The notes beneath the pieces are model-generated. The model was not told where the DNA came from, did not search any database, and saw only the letters and a list, made by a program, of their open reading frames with translations. DNA of 64,000 nt from Ginglymostoma cirratum (Eukaryota), in NCBI GenBank assembly GCA_024137785.1, contig JAHRHZ010000063.1, forward strand, positions 21,263,281-21,327,280, in the 5' to 3' direction. The position numbers and the translations under genes are program-made. The stretch's first letter is position 1; each line of letters opens with the position of its first letter. Below, piece after piece: positions 62,933 through 64,000 of the stretch.

Positions 62933-62987
62933 AACACACTAAACAAGCCACGTGGGACTCTGGTGTAACAGTTCAACATGCAGAACA
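62933..62987 (+). other. pax6: Pax6 exon 4 (55 nt; 45 nt UTR plus first 10 coding nt)
   Basis: Acceptor ttttattactattag|AACAC and donor AACA|gtaagt. Confidence 0.92.
62978..62987 (+). CDS. pax6: Paired box protein Pax-6, first coding segment (M-Q-N-S, phase 1); remainder beyond the window
   Basis: ATG CAG AAC A|gtaagt is the invariant vertebrate Pax6 start and intron position, preceded by exons 0-3 and the P/EE enhancers in the expected order. Confidence 0.95.
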
Positions 62988-63647
62988 GTAAGTGACGCTT
63001 CTTGTACTTCTATGAATCACGGAATTTATGCCAAATGCTCATGTGTCCGGAATAGGACGCTTCCCCAGCACTTCAAGTGTTAATGCCAAAGAATGCAGGT
63101 TCCGTCATCAATAGTAAAACACCTTGATTTAATTGCCCGGCCAGGACCTCACTAGCAATTTTCAGCGTCAGTATGAGATGTAACCGTAGTGACTGTTAGC
63201 CAGGGCCCTTGTAAGAGGGGTTACCAGCTTCAATTCATGTGACGCTAAACTCTCAATTAAAACGACTACCTAAATTTACTAACTCGGAGAGGAAAAAAAA
63301 ATGATCACCTCGATTACCTGTGGATCCATCTACTGTAAGAATACTTCCTCCGTTCAGGTTCATTGCCCCCCTACTCCACTACAAGACTGAATCAAGAGCT
63401 AACAAACCAACACTTTCTTTGTTCATTTCCATCCAGGATTTCTTTTTATCTTGCGGTCGTATGGCAAATTTGGTCCAAATTTCATGCTTCCAAAATAAAT
63501 AGAGATTATTTTCGTCTCTTAGAAAATGCATTTAGTTGCTAATGTAAATTAACCCTCCCCCCAACCCCCACCCCATCCTTCCGGGAGCGAAAAATAGAAA
63601 TAAAAGTTCAGATCCGTGTTTTCAATCTTCATGTGATTAATTGAATT

Positions 63648-63672
63648 TGTGTGTGTGTGTGTGTGTGTGTGT
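63648..63672. repeat. (TG)n microsatellite in intron 4
   Basis: Read directly. Confidence 0.95.
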
Positions 63673-64000
63673 ATGATCGAGTAAGCTGTTGTGCGAATTA
63701 CTGAGGAGATATCATTCGGGTGAAGCCTTTAGTTTGTTTAAAGGTCGCGGCGGGCTCTGCGGGCTTTGTGCTAATAACTCCTGGGTGTATATGCTGCATA
63801 ACATCCAAATTGCCACCATATGGTTTTGTATTAGATGACTCGCAATAGAATACAGGGCGCATAATCATTACCACTGGGCGATTCCTCCACGCCTCAGTAC
63901 AGAGACGAGTGTAGTGATTAAGTTGTGCCTTTTTTTTAAATGTTGCTTCTCTTGAAAAGTAAACCCGGAAAATTGCACGTGGAAGTTGTGGGGGAGGGGT

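Noticed and set aside
62988-64000. Pax6 P-alpha promoter, neuroretina enhancer or paired-box exon 5
   Set aside because: No SHSGVNQLGG-coding sequence or recognisable alpha element is in the window; these should lie further 3'.

Overview
This is eukaryotic, elasmobranch-type (probably shark) genomic DNA, judged from HE1 SINEs, Deu-domain SINEs, CR1/L2/RTE fragments and Penelope elements. It is the 5' regulatory domain and the start of the canonical Pax6 (Pax6.1) gene on the + strand. Recognised by recalled similarity to human/mouse PAX6, not by a computed alignment: pancreatic and ectodermal (lens) enhancers at ~45.0-45.6 kb, P0 promoter/exon 0 at ~51.3 kb, P1 promoter/exon 1 and exon 2 at ~58.2-58.7 kb, exon 3 at 62604-62667 (GC donor) and exon 4 at 62933-62987 with the ATG CAG AAC A (MQN-S) start. 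The paired box lies beyond the window end. Bases 1-17 kb and 29-44.5 kb are TE-rich and CpG-poor. Bases ~17.3-28.8 kb and ~44.6-64 kb are CpG-retaining and nearly TE-free. Nearly all supplied ORFs are spurious or TE remnants. Most interesting: (i) a set of uORFs in the Pax6 leader whose outcome is switched by exon 3 inclusion, with the skipped form resembling the teleost N-terminal extension but 1 nt out of frame; (ii) a family of self-inverted Penelope-derived insertions with hammerhead cores and 12-15 bp target-site duplications; (iii) candidate minus-strand non-coding exons upstream of Pax6; (iv) a separate distal CpG-rich, TE-poor block with CTCF-like sites.
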